This document shows positions 28,892 to 39,493 of a DNA stretch of 64,000 nucleotides, piece by piece. The stretch is taken from the IMG/VR virus record IMGVR_UViG_3300033977_000098, positions 10,637-74,636 of that record; one strand, given 5' to 3'. Source of the DNA: a virus. Below the pieces are notes generated by a model. The model saw only the letters and a list, made by a program, of their open reading frames with translations, ran no database searches and was not told the origin of the DNA. The position numbers were made by a program, and so were the translations under genes. Numbering within the stretch: the first letter of the stretch is position 1; every line of letters starts with the position of its first letter.

Positions 28892-29739
28892 TGGGCGAGA
28901 ACTCCAAGATAAGTTGGACGCACCATACATTCAACCCTTGGTGGGTTTGCACGCAAGTATCCCCGGGCTGCGACCATTGCTACGCCATGGAGCTGGCGCA
29001 CCGGCTTGGTTACGACTGGAACCAAAATGCGCCGCGCCTGTTCTTTGGCGAGAAGCATTGGAGAGAACCCTTGCGCTGGAATCAGCGCGCCCAAAGTCAG
29101 GGTGAACGTGAGCGCGTCTTCTGCGGCTCCATGTGCGACATCCTCGACACTTGGCAAGGCGAAATCATTTACTCCGGTGCACCGCCCGCGCAAGAACGCG
29201 CCAGGAAGTGGTGGGGAACCGGTTGGCCGCAGGCTTGGGGCGCCCGTCCTGTCAATCTCAATCTCGCCCGCGAGCTACTCTGGGAACTAATCGACGCCAC
29301 ATATTGGCTCGACTGGCTTCTGCTTACGAAACGGCCCCAGGATTACCGCAAGATGTTGCCTCGGCGTTGGCTGAAGAATCCCCGTCCAAACGTTTGGATA
29401 ATGACCACAGTGGAAAGCCGCGAATACCTGTGGCGACTAGATGCCATCGCCGCGATCCCCGCCGTGGTTCACGGCGTGTCGTGGGAGCCGGCGCTTGGGT
29501 ACATCAACTTTATACCCTACGCTCAGCGTATGCCGTCGCTATGGGTGATTGGAGGTGGTGAATCCTGCGCTGGCTGCCGTCCTTTTGACCCCAACTGGGC
29601 CAGGCTGGTCCGCGAGGATCTGGCGCCGACCCACACGCCGTTTTTCCTGAAGCAGCTTGGGGGGCACCCAGACAAGCAAGATAAACCCGCGCGCTGGCCG
29701 CCCGACCTCCGCGTACAGCAATTTCCGGTAGTGTCCTAA
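28891..29739 (+). CDS. DUF5131 / phage Gp37Gp68 family protein
   Basis: SKISWTHHTFNPWWVCTQVSPGCDHCYA, VFCGSMCD, LLTKRP, SWEPALG, GGES, FFLKQLG. Confidence 0.9.
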   Translation: MGENSKISWTHHTFNPWWVCTQVSPGCDHCYAMELAHRLGYDWNQNAPRLFFGEKHWREPLRWNQRAQSQGERERVFCGSMCDILDTWQGEIIYSGAPPAQERARKWWGTGWPQAWGARPVNLNLARELLWELIDATYWLDWLLLTKRPQDYRKMLPRRWLKNPRPNVWIMTTVESREYLWRLDAIAAIPAVVHGVSWEPALGYINFIPYAQRMPSLWVIGGGESCAGCRPFDPNWARLVREDLAPTHTPFFLKQLGGHPDKQDKPARWPPDLRVQQFPVVS

Positions 29740-29746
29740 AATTGCG

Positions 29747-29774
29747 TTGACAACATACTTGAAACTGCTAAACT
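29747..29774 (+). promoter_or_regulatory. Sigma70-like promoter for tnpB with -35 box from the TIR
   Basis: TTGACA-N16-TAAACT with extended TGn. Confidence 0.55.
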
Positions 29775-29820
29775 AAGAAGTGGCTGGAGGGCCGTAACCC
29801 TGCCAGCCACAAGCCAAAGG

Positions 29821-30987
29821 ATGTCGAGGCATCCGATGACCAACCAAAGTATAATCCGCCGCACCTATCAGTTTCAACTCCGCCCTACAAAAAGACAGAT
29901 TCGTTTGCTTGAATCGGCTTTGGCTGTGTCCTGTGAGGTTTACAACGCGGCTCTTCAGGAAAGGCGTGAGGCTTGGAAGCGCTGTCGCAAGAGTGTAACC
30001 GCTTTTGACCAAACTAAGGAACTCACCGAAATTAGAGCGATTCGGATGGATGTCGCAGAGTTGCCCGTCGATATGGTGCGTGAGCCGATTCGCCGGGTGG
30101 ACAGAGCGTTTCAGGCGTTTTTCCGAAGGTGCAAGGCAGGCCAGAAGCCAGGGTTCCCACGTTTCCGCTTGCGGGACCGCTATGACTCTCTGGCGATGTC
30201 TTCTCCAACCTTCAAGGTTGAAGGGGGAACCATCATTGTGAGCAAGATGGGCGGCTTCAGGATGCGGATGCACCGCGAAATGCGAGGCACGCCGAAGCAC
30301 TGTACCATAAAGCGCAGCGGGAAACGCTGGAGGGTTTCGATCACTTGTGAATGCGGCCCTGTTCCCGAGAGGAAGCCTGTATCTTCGGCTATTGGGATTG
30401 ATTTGGGCTTGACGCACTTTCTCACGTTCTCGGATGGCCAGATAATTGACGCGCCGAAATGGGTGAAGGAAAGTGAAGCGGAAATCGCACGCAGGAACCG
30501 CGAATTGGCAACCAAAAAGCGGGGATCGCGGAATCGGCGCAAAGCAAAAGAGCAACTGAGGCGGGCGCACGAGCGCGTGGCGAATCGCCGATTGAACTTT
30601 TGCCACCACCTCTCGAAGCGGCTGATGGAGAATTTCGACCTTGTCGCTTTCGAGAAGCTGAACATCTCCAGTATGATCAATGGAAAGTTCGATAAGAACA
30701 TCTTGTCGGTGGCGTGGGGAATTCTGCTCTGGCAACTCACCTACAAAGCTGCGAACGCTGGCAAGTGGGCAGTGCCGGTCAATCCCCGAGGGACGACGAA
30801 GCGATGTTCGGGATGCGAAACGGAAGTTCCGAAAGCCTTGTGGGACCGCGTTCATCGTTGCCCCCGGTGTGGTTTGGTGATCGACAGAGACCATAATGCC
30901 GCTATCAACATACTTTCCGAAGGTTTGCGGCTCGGTAGGAGCCGTGCGGAGCCCTTGCTCCAAAGAGTCCCGTCAACGCAATTTTAG
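29821..30987 (+). CDS. tnpB: TnpB RNA-guided endonuclease
   Basis: TYQFQLRPT N-terminus, PGFPRFR, RuvC GIDLG / AFEKL / DRDHNAAINI, CSGC...CPRC zinc finger. Confidence 0.93.
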   Translation: MSRHPMTNQSIIRRTYQFQLRPTKRQIRLLESALAVSCEVYNAALQERREAWKRCRKSVTAFDQTKELTEIRAIRMDVAELPVDMVREPIRRVDRAFQAFFRRCKAGQKPGFPRFRLRDRYDSLAMSSPTFKVEGGTIIVSKMGGFRMRMHREMRGTPKHCTIKRSGKRWRVSITCECGPVPERKPVSSAIGIDLGLTHFLTFSDGQIIDAPKWVKESEAEIARRNRELATKKRGSRNRRKAKEQLRRAHERVANRRLNFCHHLSKRLMENFDLVAFEKLNISSMINGKFDKNILSVAWGILLWQLTYKAANAGKWAVPVNPRGTTKRCSGCETEVPKALWDRVHRCPRCGLVIDRDHNAAINILSEGLRLGRSRAEPLLQRVPSTQF

Positions 30988-31586
30988 GACACTACCCAAT
31001 CCACAAGCGAATAAGCCCACTGGCAACCGTCATCAGCGCGACAGGCTGAGGGCACACTTGATAGCGCCTCTGAACATCATCTTCCCGTAGCAGAGCAAAG
31101 CGAAAGGACAAACCTCGTGACCACCCAAGAATCCCTTCTCGTCCAACAAAGCCGCGACCCTAACGTGGTCATGGCCATCTTGGTCGATATTATGCTGAGA
31201 ACCGTTTCTGGTCTCAGCGCCCTGCAACTTTCGTTTCTTCACCAACAACCCCGTTATATCAATTAAAATCTCTCGAAAGGAGAATCACCGTGGACTTCCT
31301 CAGTCAGTTCAAAGCTGCGCGCAATGCCAGCACGCCGCTCATTGCAGTCAGCCGTGCGCAAATTCCGAGTCTGAGAAAGGAGCAAAACCGTGTTAGCCCA
31401 AATCCAAGCTCTCCGCGTGTTCTGGTATCGCGCCAGCGGCCAGTACGACCGCACCGTGAACCGCCGACTCGCGGAAATCCGAAAGGAGAAATCCGTGAAC
31501 CCCTACACCTGCGTTGCCTGTGGCGGCGCAATCGACAACAAAGGCTTCTGCCTGAACTGCGGCGCCCAGGCCGGCACCGTCTGCCC

Positions 31587-31607
31587 GGTAGTGGTACAGT
31601 TTGAATT
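31587..31607. mobile_element. Orphan IS1-like terminal repeat
   Basis: ggtagtggtacagtttgaatt shares the GGTAGTG terminus of the other elements; no partner seen. Confidence 0.4.
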
Positions 31608-31655
31608 TTTTAGGGCTGTGGAGCGCACTTGAGCTTGCGGGCTCCGCTGGCACTG

Positions 31656-32084
31656 CTAATGTTGGTGCGCAGCCGAGAGTACTGACTGCGCCCAGGTCGC
31701 CATTTCTTTAGCCTCGTTCGAAACGAGCTTGAATCCCGTGCCCCGCGCTATTATTGCCTTGAGTTCCTGCTCAGCGCGGCTTCGAGCAGAATCGCCATGC
31801 TCGCCCCGTACAGCATGGACCAAATACTCCTGGAACGGAAGCCACACGGCACCGCAGGAAAGGCAAAAAGCCTGCACTGTGAGTTTCCCATTCTGCGCTA
31901 CTAGAACACTGGCGGCCATATCCTCAGTCAGAAATGCTGTCAGCAAGCCAGCAGCAACATTTTTCATCGGGACCAACTGACCCTGCACCGTGTTGGCCCC
32001 GCACTTTGGGCAGGATACTTGAGACGTGTTCATGGAGCACCTCCACGGTGCGGCGTATGCGCCTAGCGTTACGACGCGCATCAT
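31656..32084 (-). CDS. Zinc-ribbon hypothetical protein
   Basis: CPKCG...CLSCG. Confidence 0.5.
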   Translation of the reverse strand: MMRVVTLGAYAAPWRCSMNTSQVSCPKCGANTVQGQLVPMKNVAAGLLTAFLTEDMAASVLVAQNGKLTVQAFCLSCGAVWLPFQEYLVHAVRGEHGDSARSRAEQELKAIIARGTGFKLVSNEAKEMATWAQSVLSAAHQH

Positions 32085-32192
32085 ACTGCTGCCCTAGGGC
32101 AAAGACAAGCACGCCATGAAAAAAGGGTGTATTTTCAATTTAGGCCAGGAAAGTTCTTGCTTCTGTCAAAAAAATTCTGTTAGGGTTAACCC

Positions 32193-32561
32193 ATGACCGA
32201 CAGAGAATGGAAGGCTATTGATTCGCTAGCAGAGGATGAATGGGAAATCTTCAAGCAGAAGGTCAAGGCTGAGTGCGAACAGATGGCCAGCGTCACATCC
32301 ATGGACTTTAGGTACACAGAGACAAGCGCAACCTTGGAAGTTCAGAGATTTGAAAATGGCGTAGCTATGAAGGTTTTGCGCCTCCGATTTGACGCCGCAG
32401 TGCCACGAATCGTCTGGCAGTGCCTCAATCCATCCGAGAGGAAAGGGTGGATTACCTTCCAGCTCCATGGTCCGAATCTCTTTTATCTCTTTGGCAACGT
32501 GAATACGCCGATACCGGAAATCATCGCGCGCCTGACCATGTGCTTGACGGGTCAGCTCTAA
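32193..32561 (+). CDS. Hypothetical protein
   Basis: 122 aa ORF with protein-like composition after an AT-rich stretch. Confidence 0.5.
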   Translation: MTDREWKAIDSLAEDEWEIFKQKVKAECEQMASVTSMDFRYTETSATLEVQRFENGVAMKVLRLRFDAAVPRIVWQCLNPSERKGWITFQLHGPNLFYLFGNVNTPIPEIIARLTMCLTGQL

Positions 32562-32784
32562 ACTCTCAGATTTCAGTTCTTTTTCTCAGCGAAAGCGCAA
32601 GGAAGGCCGTCCTAGCACGGTGGGCCAAGTACAACGCTAAGACGGCCTGAGCCTTGCGTTTGCTCTTGACTGGTGGGGACCGACAGTGTAGATTACACAC
32701 GTGGGACGTTGTACTCGTCATAACGTCTCGATTCGACCGCCAGCGAATCCGCCTGATAAACGACATTCGCTGGCGGTTGTGTTT

Positions 32785-32985
32785 TTAGTTCCTTCTCCTT
32801 TTGTGGTCGTGCCCGGCCTCGCAGAGTCTTATCAATTCGTTTCTGGAAATCCGAAAATACTTACCGCCAATGCGAGAGGCTTTCAGATCTCCAGTGTCGA
32901 TCAACCTATAGATCATTACACGACTCGATTGAAGTAACTCTGCGGCCTGCTCCACTGTCAAAATTTCCCGATTGTGCTGACGCAT
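32785..32985 (-). CDS. Excisionase-family HTH DNA-binding protein
   Basis: ILTVEQAAELLQSSRVMIYRLIDTGDLKASRIGGKYFRISRNEL. Confidence 0.8.
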   Translation of the reverse strand: MRQHNREILTVEQAAELLQSSRVMIYRLIDTGDLKASRIGGKYFRISRNELIRLCEAGHDHKRRRN

Positions 32986-33046
32986 CACGGTAACATCCTT
33001 ACGCATTCGACCATAGAAATGAATAAATACATCACAAGGAAAACCC

Positions 33047-33517
33047 ATGCGCGTCATTTTTCTCGACATCGACGGCTGTTTGACCAACTCATGGTCGTTT
33101 CGCCCTGGATGCCCGTCGGGCCTCCAAGCCGTAGCTGACCCGCTCTGCATCACGGCCCTGAATCGCATCATCCACACCACCGGCGCCGCTATCGTGATTT
33201 CCAGTGATTGGCGCAAAAGTCTCACCAATCGCGGGCTCGCCCGCATCCTACTCCGCTGGGGCGTACTCGGCCAATTTATCGGCAGTACGCCCGTCCTGCC
33301 AGGCATGATTCGTGGTGAGGAAATCCTCGCATGGCTGCGCCGACATCCGCGCATCAAGCAGTTCGTCATTCTCGACGATGACCGCGATATGGGACCGCTC
33401 GAACCTCACCTCGTCCGCACAGGCTTCCGTAAAGGGCTCACCGAAGCGTTGGCCGACGAGGCTATCGCGATTCTCAAGAACCAATCGCTCGCCGTCCAAA
33501 CCGAATTTTTCGCTTGA
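33047..33517 (+). CDS. HAD domain protein (RNA-repair-type)
   Basis: IFLDIDGCL, IVISSDWR, RGEEILAWL, FVILDDD. Confidence 0.85.
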   Translation: MRVIFLDIDGCLTNSWSFRPGCPSGLQAVADPLCITALNRIIHTTGAAIVISSDWRKSLTNRGLARILLRWGVLGQFIGSTPVLPGMIRGEEILAWLRRHPRIKQFVILDDDRDMGPLEPHLVRTGFRKGLTEALADEAIAILKNQSLAVQTEFFA

Positions 33518-33584
33518 CAGACCTACCAAAGCAATTCAATACTGTATTCCGTAAATTCCATCCGAAGGAGGATCGGAGATAATC

Positions 33585-33830
33585 ATGGGCAAACATGCTA
33601 ACTTTGCTATCGTGGAAGACACGGCCAGACATCTACTTATCCGCGACATCGGGCCGTGGAATGTTTATCCTACGGTTACGAATGACGCCGAAGAAGTCGT
33701 GAAAAAACTCGCCCCGATACTCGGCGACCGTCGCCTTTTCTATTTCGATTCGGAAGGCGAATTAGACGAGTTGTTGGTCAACAACGGGCATTTCGCTGGA
33801 TTCGCCGTCGTGGACGGAGTAATACCGTGA
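33585..33830 (+). CDS. Hypothetical phage protein
   Basis: GGAG RBS; TVTNDAEEVV...YFDSEGELDEL. Confidence 0.55.
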   Translation: MGKHANFAIVEDTARHLLIRDIGPWNVYPTVTNDAEEVVKKLAPILGDRRLFYFDSEGELDELLVNNGHFAGFAVVDGVIP

Positions 33831-34229
33831 ACCAATACTCAAGCGTTACCGCCTCGTGTCCAGAGTGCAATTGGATTCATCGCGTTGATTACAACCCTCG
33901 CAAGCATTGGGACACCAAGACCCGCGCCCGATTCGGGCTGCGCCTCCACCTCGAAAAAATCCACAAGCAGACTCCTGCCCAAGCGTGGGAAAATGCCCTG
34001 CTTCAGTTCCCGGAGGCTAAATGAACAGATCAAGTCTCAAAAAATTAGAGACCAGTGCCTATAATAACGGGCGTATGCAGGAAGTGAGTCGCTTCCTGCA
34101 CTTTTTCAACACGCTTCGCTGCCCGGAAGAAATCTCTTCACGTGCCCTAGCCCGCATCGCCGATTTTGCAGACGACGAAATTAACGACATATCCCTCCAA
34201 GGCGCATCCGCGCCAGAAAGGAAGGAACC

Positions 34230-35915
34230 TTGAGTGTTTTCGAAATCCCATTGTCCGCAATCGCACCGTCTACCCTTAACCCCCGGAAGCAGACCAATAC
34301 CAGCGAGCTTGAATCGCTGGCCGCGTCCGTAATCCAAAAGGGCGTGCTGGAGCCCGTACTGCTCCGGCCGATCCCCAAGAAAAACGGCTACGAATATGAA
34401 ATGGTCTGTGGCTCCCGCCGGTTCGCGGCCGCTGCTCTCGCCAAAAAAGACACCATCCCCGCCGTCGTGCGCGAAATGACCGACCAGGAGGCAATGGAAG
34501 CGCAAATTGTTGAGAACCTCCACCGTGCTGATCTCCATTACCTCGATGAAGCCCAAGGATTCCAGGCGCTTCTGGACCGCGGGCAGAGCCAAGAAGATAT
34601 TGCCGCGAAAGTCGGCAAGCCCCTTGGCTACGTCGCCAGCCGGCTGTCCCTGCACCGCCTCGTCAAGTCCTACCACAAATATGCCCTCGCTGGCGACCTG
34701 CCTGTATCCGTTGCCCTGCGCCTGTCCCGCCTCACAGCGACGATTCAAAAAGCGTACTTCGAGGAGCACTGCAAGGAAAGCGACCAGGAAGATTATGACA
34801 TTGCCGACGCTTTTCACATGGGCAACCTCGACCACTGGCTCCATGGCTACGTTTATCTCAATCTCGCCAAGGCTGCGTTTGACCCCGCGTCCGCCCAACT
34901 TGTGCCGAAAGCCGGAAGCTGCCTGCTCTGCCCCAAGCGCACCGGCACCAATCTCCTGCTCTTTCCTGAATTCACCGCACAGGGCGCGGACAACATCTGC
35001 ACCGACCCCTCCTGCTATGAATCGAAGGCCAAGGCTCTCATCCAAATCCGCGAGAAAGAGCATCCCGAAGCGATCAAAATCGTGGTGAGTGACGACCTAA
35101 CCGAAGCCCAGCAGAAACAAGCGGAAAAACAGAACTACCTGGCGCCCTACAGCTATTGGAATACTGAAAAGGGCTATCGCTCGAGCACTAAAGATGCCTG
35201 CCAAGACACCAAATTGGCCATCGTTGTCATGGGCGCCCCCAACCAGGTCGGTTCAACCATGCACGTGTGCACTGCCAAGGAATGCAAGACCCACACCGGC
35301 TCACGCCGCATCACGTCGCCCCGCGAACCCGGCGTGATGGACCCGGAGCGCGTCAAGCAACAAGATGAACTCTGGAAACGCCGCACGGCCAGGGCCTGCC
35401 GGCTCGGGCTGCATGAAGCCTTACGCCAGCGGCAGGACGAATATCTCAAAGCCATCCCTCCTGCCGCCGCCCTTGCGCATGTCATGCCGCCTGATGCCCT
35501 GCGCTTCGCCGTCACCAAAGCCTGTGAAGCTCTGCGTCCGCAGAAAGACGGCAGTGAATATCTCGAATCCGTGTGGTTGCCCAAGCGCAAAAAGGAAGGC
35601 ATCGGCTGGGGTGGGAGAAACCTATTCCCCCTGTTCAAGGAAGCCGACCACGCCACACTCCTCCGGCTCCTGCTCGATTTCGCAATCGCCGACAACATTG
35701 CGAATAAGCACAACACCGAAAAGAAACTTGTCGGCGAGGTTGCCGAAGCCTACGGCCTCAAGGTTGACAAGGTGCTCGCCCCCGTCTTGGCCGAGTGGGA
35801 CGCAAAGCGCCTGGCCAGCATCGAAAAGCGCAAGACGCGGTTGGCGAACGAACGCAAAAAGGCGCCACGGACGAAGGCCCGTGCGCCTGGATCGTTAAGG
35901 GATTTATATACTTAA
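34230..35915 (+). CDS. parB: ParB/RepB/Spo0J-like protein; 3' end altered by IS insertion
   Basis: LNPRK...LAASVIQKGVLEPVLLR...GSRRFAA...QIVENLHRADL, HTH. Confidence 0.85.
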   Translation: MSVFEIPLSAIAPSTLNPRKQTNTSELESLAASVIQKGVLEPVLLRPIPKKNGYEYEMVCGSRRFAAAALAKKDTIPAVVREMTDQEAMEAQIVENLHRADLHYLDEAQGFQALLDRGQSQEDIAAKVGKPLGYVASRLSLHRLVKSYHKYALAGDLPVSVALRLSRLTATIQKAYFEEHCKESDQEDYDIADAFHMGNLDHWLHGYVYLNLAKAAFDPASAQLVPKAGSCLLCPKRTGTNLLLFPEFTAQGADNICTDPSCYESKAKALIQIREKEHPEAIKIVVSDDLTEAQQKQAEKQNYLAPYSYWNTEKGYRSSTKDACQDTKLAIVVMGAPNQVGSTMHVCTAKECKTHTGSRRITSPREPGVMDPERVKQQDELWKRRTARACRLGLHEALRQRQDEYLKAIPPAAALAHVMPPDALRFAVTKACEALRPQKDGSEYLESVWLPKRKKEGIGWGGRNLFPLFKEADHATLLRLLLDFAIADNIANKHNTEKKLVGEVAEAYGLKVDKVLAPVLAEWDAKRLASIEKRKTRLANERKKAPRTKARAPGSLRDLYT

Positions 35916-36100
35916 CTACCATGCCTCACAAAACAAAGGAAATAGAGTTTCGGCATCTTACGGAAAGCGCCTTGCAACTGACTCAAAACAATACGAATAA
36001 AGTACTTGACTCCCGCAGGGGAGTAGTCTACTATAAGCACATGAAGGCGAGAGAAACAAAACGAGATAAAGCAAGCGGCTACCAGCCGCAGGAGAATAAC

Positions 36101-36472
36101 ATGAACGAATTGCATCTTGAAAAAGACTACAACGACTTGACGCTTTCGCAACGCTGCAATGCTGTGCGGGCAGCACGCGAGGCTGGCTATGAGTGCGGAC
36201 ATCACGATGAGGATGGACCGTTCGGGGAAAATCCATTGGGACCGAAACAGCCTGCTACCACGCTGCCCCTGGCCGCCATCAGCGGCGAAGAGTTCTTTTT
36301 GACTCTTGTCGAGCCCGCTTGGCAGGCGGATGAAATCAGCGACGAGCAAATGGAGACACTTAAAGACATACATCTTGATGACCCCCGCAAAGATGCCTTT
36401 GAGGCTGGCCTGCGGCAGGGCAGGCAGGCACTCGCAGATGAAATCATTCAAGAAGAGTTGGAACAAGAGTAA
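36101..36472 (+). CDS. Acidic passenger protein of the IS1595 element
   Basis: GGAG RBS then MNELHLEKD... Confidence 0.5.
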   Translation: MNELHLEKDYNDLTLSQRCNAVRAAREAGYECGHHDEDGPFGENPLGPKQPATTLPLAAISGEEFFLTLVEPAWQADEISDEQMETLKDIHLDDPRKDAFEAGLRQGRQALADEIIQEELEQE

Positions 36473-36538
36473 TCTCCGCGCAAGCGGGGCGTCTGGCGTG
36501 GTAGCCAGGGCCGCTACGTAACGCGGCAAGAGGCTTAC

Positions 36539-36943
36539 ATGAATGACCACCTGACCATCAGCACCTACCAAGTCTTTTCGATGTTCCCCAACGAAGAGTC
36601 TGCCCGCGTTTACCTCGAAGGTCGGCTCTGGCGGGATGGAGTCAAGTGCGCGGACTGCCACTCCGGCGAGCGGATCACGACGCGCAAGGGCGGCTTCTAT
36701 CGTTGCAACGCTTGTAAACTGGACTTCACCATCCGCACGGGGACTATCTTTGAGCGCAGCCACATACCGCTGAATAAATGGATTTACGCGATGTACTTGC
36801 TCGTGACCGCCCGCAAGGGCATCTCTTCGATGCAACTCTCGAAGGAGATCGGGGTCACACAGAAGTCGGCATGGTTCATGCTCTGCCGTTTGCGCGAAGC
36901 GTGCCGAGCGCGTCTCCGCGTAACCGGAGCGCTCGCGTGGTAG
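36539..36943 (+). pseudogene. IS1595 transposase N-terminus; DDE domain missing
   Basis: FPNEESARVYLE...CADC...CNAC...GTIFERSHIPLNKW...KGISSMQL...KSAWFMLCRLREA then premature end. Confidence 0.85.
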
Positions 36944-37381
36944 CGAGGGGCGGTACGTAACTCGCCACTTTCCAGCGAGGAATCACATGAGCCGTTCCAC
37001 GATCAGCACGTTTCAACTGACAAGTTTCTCGCCTGCCACAGCCGACACCACGGCTACGGGCGGTCCTCGTCAATCGTCGCAGCGGACTCCTGACAACGGG
37101 AGAAGCACCAATGCCGTAGCAGCACGACGTGAAATGAGGGGCAGGCGAGAAGATCGAGAGGAGGTAATCGGATGAGCAAACATCAATCTGAGATAGCAAC
37201 GATTTTTCGCACGACCAGCACGGCTGTCTACGCCGTGTCGGAATCGGTGCGAGGAGGCGTGATCTATCGCCGCGTCGTGCGGCTGTGCTCGGCAGGTATG
37301 GGGCATGTGCTAGGCGACAAACATTCCTGCGACGAGCGCGAACTGACTGCGCGTCGAATTTACTGAGACAGAGAGGGAACA

Positions 37382-37555
37382 ATGCGTGACCCGGAAGAGG
37401 ACTATCAATTTGACCCTTGCGAAGAGAAAGACCGCGAGGCACTGAATCGGATAACCGACGCGGTTTTGGCCTACAAGCCGAAGCCGAAAACGAAGGCAGA
37501 GAAGCGCCGAATCCGGCGCAAGAAACGCGAGGCGAGGAAACTAGCGCCCGCCTGA
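37382..37555 (+). CDS. Small basic protein near the IS right end
   Basis: ALNRITDAVLAYKPKPKTKAEKRRIRRKK. Confidence 0.4.
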   Translation: MRDPEEDYQFDPCEEKDREALNRITDAVLAYKPKPKTKAEKRRIRRKKREARKLAPA

Positions 37556-38390
37556 TTTCCACGGAATTTTCAACAGGCTGATGCCTATGACGAAATATAA
37601 GAAAGGTAGTCAAATATATAATTCCCATCGTTAAGCCCAAAAAGCTACGCGGACACGGTCGCGGCTGGAAGCCCGGAGTGTGTTCCAACCCGAAATGCGT
37701 ATTAGCCTTCGACAAAGAAAAGAAGGCCACGAAGAAAGCGGGCTGACATGAAGTGGCTGGTCTTTGGTTTTGTACTTTGGCTTCTCGTGGCGCTGCTCGT
37801 GATTTTCGTGCACGGCAGCCGTGGGCCTTTCGAGATTGAAGATGAAGAGCCCTTGCCGCGCAAGAAACCCAAAGTGAAAGGAGATCTGTGAGCAGCCGAC
37901 GGGCTATCCGCCGCCGCAAGTGCGGTCGCAAGCAAAAGCACGACACGCTGGAAACCGCGCTTCAGGCGGCGGTGCGGCTGCACCGTGCCAAAGGCGGCGA
38001 ATGGCTTCAAGCCTATCGCTGCCGATTCTGCAAGAAATGGCACATTGGACACCGATGATTCTAGCGCTGGAAAAGGAGACTAAAGTGCAAAAAGCAACAA
38101 TGCGCGTCGAGGCTGGAGCAATTATAAGAGAATGTGCAAACAGCTTGCAGGAGCAAGGATGGGCCTGCTATGGGTTAATTATCGGACTGGATATGATTCG
38201 AGCTTCTCTTTGTCGAATCGCTCAACGAGCGTTGCAAACTGGTGACGAATTCTTGCTCAACGAGTGTTATATTCTGTGTTTGCTTAAGAAACCAGAAGAG
38301 CAAAAAGACCAACCTGTTGTTTAATGAAGACTAACGAAAGAGGGGACCCGTGCTGCGAGCCTTCAATATTTCACGTTCGGCAGAAACCAC

Positions 38391-39038
38391 ATGAATAACA
38401 CTGCGCGACTGAAACCTAGCGACTACATCGAAGCCTCACGAGTCCCACAGCGCTTGAAGCCGCAAATTTTCGGCCTTTGGTCAATCACCCGTCAGAGCTT
38501 CAACCGTTCTTGGCCTCTATTTCAAATCCTCGAATGGCAGCGCAATGCCGCCTTCGACAGCGTAACATTTCTCAAACACTTCACCATGGCCACGCTCCAC
38601 CAGGACGGCGAGACGGTCATGGAGGACGGCATCACGGAACTTCGCCGCCATCTGCCGATCCGGCTCGCTGCTCACGGCCGCGTGCTAATTACCGGCCTGG
38701 GCCTCGGGTGCGTCGTCCGGGGACTGCTCGCAAATTCCGATGTTGACGTTATCGACGTGGTGGAGATCGATCGGCAAATCCTTCGCATCATCGGCCATGA
38801 ATTCCAGTCGAACCGGCGCGTTAGGCTCCATTGCTGCGACGCGCTAACTTGGGAATCCCCTAAAGGGGCGTGCTACGATTTTGCGTATCACGACATTTGG
38901 CGAGACGAACAGCGCCACATATCCCTGGCGCACCTAGAGCTAATCACGCGCTATCACGGGATAGCGAACACGCAGGATGCCTGGGGAATGCCGCGATTCG
39001 CTCGCCGTATCCTGTCCCACACCATCAACCTTTTGTGA
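38391..39038 (+). CDS. Class I SAM-dependent methyltransferase (spermidine-synthase-like fold)
   Basis: VLITGLGLG, VVEID, DAL, YDFAYHDIW. Confidence 0.75.
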   Translation: MNNTARLKPSDYIEASRVPQRLKPQIFGLWSITRQSFNRSWPLFQILEWQRNAAFDSVTFLKHFTMATLHQDGETVMEDGITELRRHLPIRLAAHGRVLITGLGLGCVVRGLLANSDVDVIDVVEIDRQILRIIGHEFQSNRRVRLHCCDALTWESPKGACYDFAYHDIWRDEQRHISLAHLELITRYHGIANTQDAWGMPRFARRILSHTINLL

Positions 39039-39055
39039 TTACAAGGAGAGAGACT

Positions 39056-39493
39056 ATGGATCACGAATCCCGAATCTACATCTTTCACGAAGCACACCGC
39101 GACCCGCTCGGCCAGCCCATCCGCGATAGGCGCACGTTTGCCGTGATGGTGGACCCAGTGTTTCCCACCGAAAGCGTAGGTGGCCCGCTGCAATTCAGGG
39201 TGTCCTTGCGCATCGGCATCGCTCGCTGTTCGCCCCTCGACCAATTCTCCCGAAGGACGGGCCGGCGCATTGCCACCGATCGTGCTATCAGCGATATTCG
39301 TCAAGAGCACCACGGTCCGGCCTGGCCGGACGCCTCTAAATACATGCTCCGCTTCGAACTAACTTCACCCAAAAACTTGGCGGATGGCAAGACGTTGTTC
39401 AGTGAGATCGTCACCTATCTCATTTGGAAGCACAATTTCCGCCCAAGATTCACGCTATACGCCGGTTCAACAAGGAGGGAAAATGAAAAATAA
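39056..39493 (+). CDS. Hypothetical phage protein
   Basis: GGAG RBS; GIARCSPLDQFSRRTGRRIA motif. Confidence 0.55.
   Translation: MDHESRIYIFHEAHRDPLGQPIRDRRTFAVMVDPVFPTESVGGPLQFRVSLRIGIARCSPLDQFSRRTGRRIATDRAISDIRQEHHGPAWPDASKYMLRFELTSPKNLADGKTLFSEIVTYLIWKHNFRPRFTLYAGSTRRENEK

Larger units (their letters stand above)
29727..30996. mobile_element. Non-autonomous element with perfect 25-bp IS1-like TIRs carrying tnpB
   Basis: ggtagtgtcctaaaattgcgttgac (29727-29751) is the exact reverse complement of 30972-30996; flanks caatttcc/caatccac are only an imperfect TSD. Confidence 0.8.
35899..37626. mobile_element. IS1595-family element, internally deleted, with passenger ORFs
   Basis: TIRs gggatttatatacttaactacc / ggtagtcaaatatataattccc (19/22), 8-bp TSD ATCGTTAA on both sides. 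Confidence 0.88.

Noticed and set aside
29773-30963. 396-aa - strand ORF opposite tnpB
   Set aside because: Antisense shadow with no recognisable motif; tnpB explains the region.
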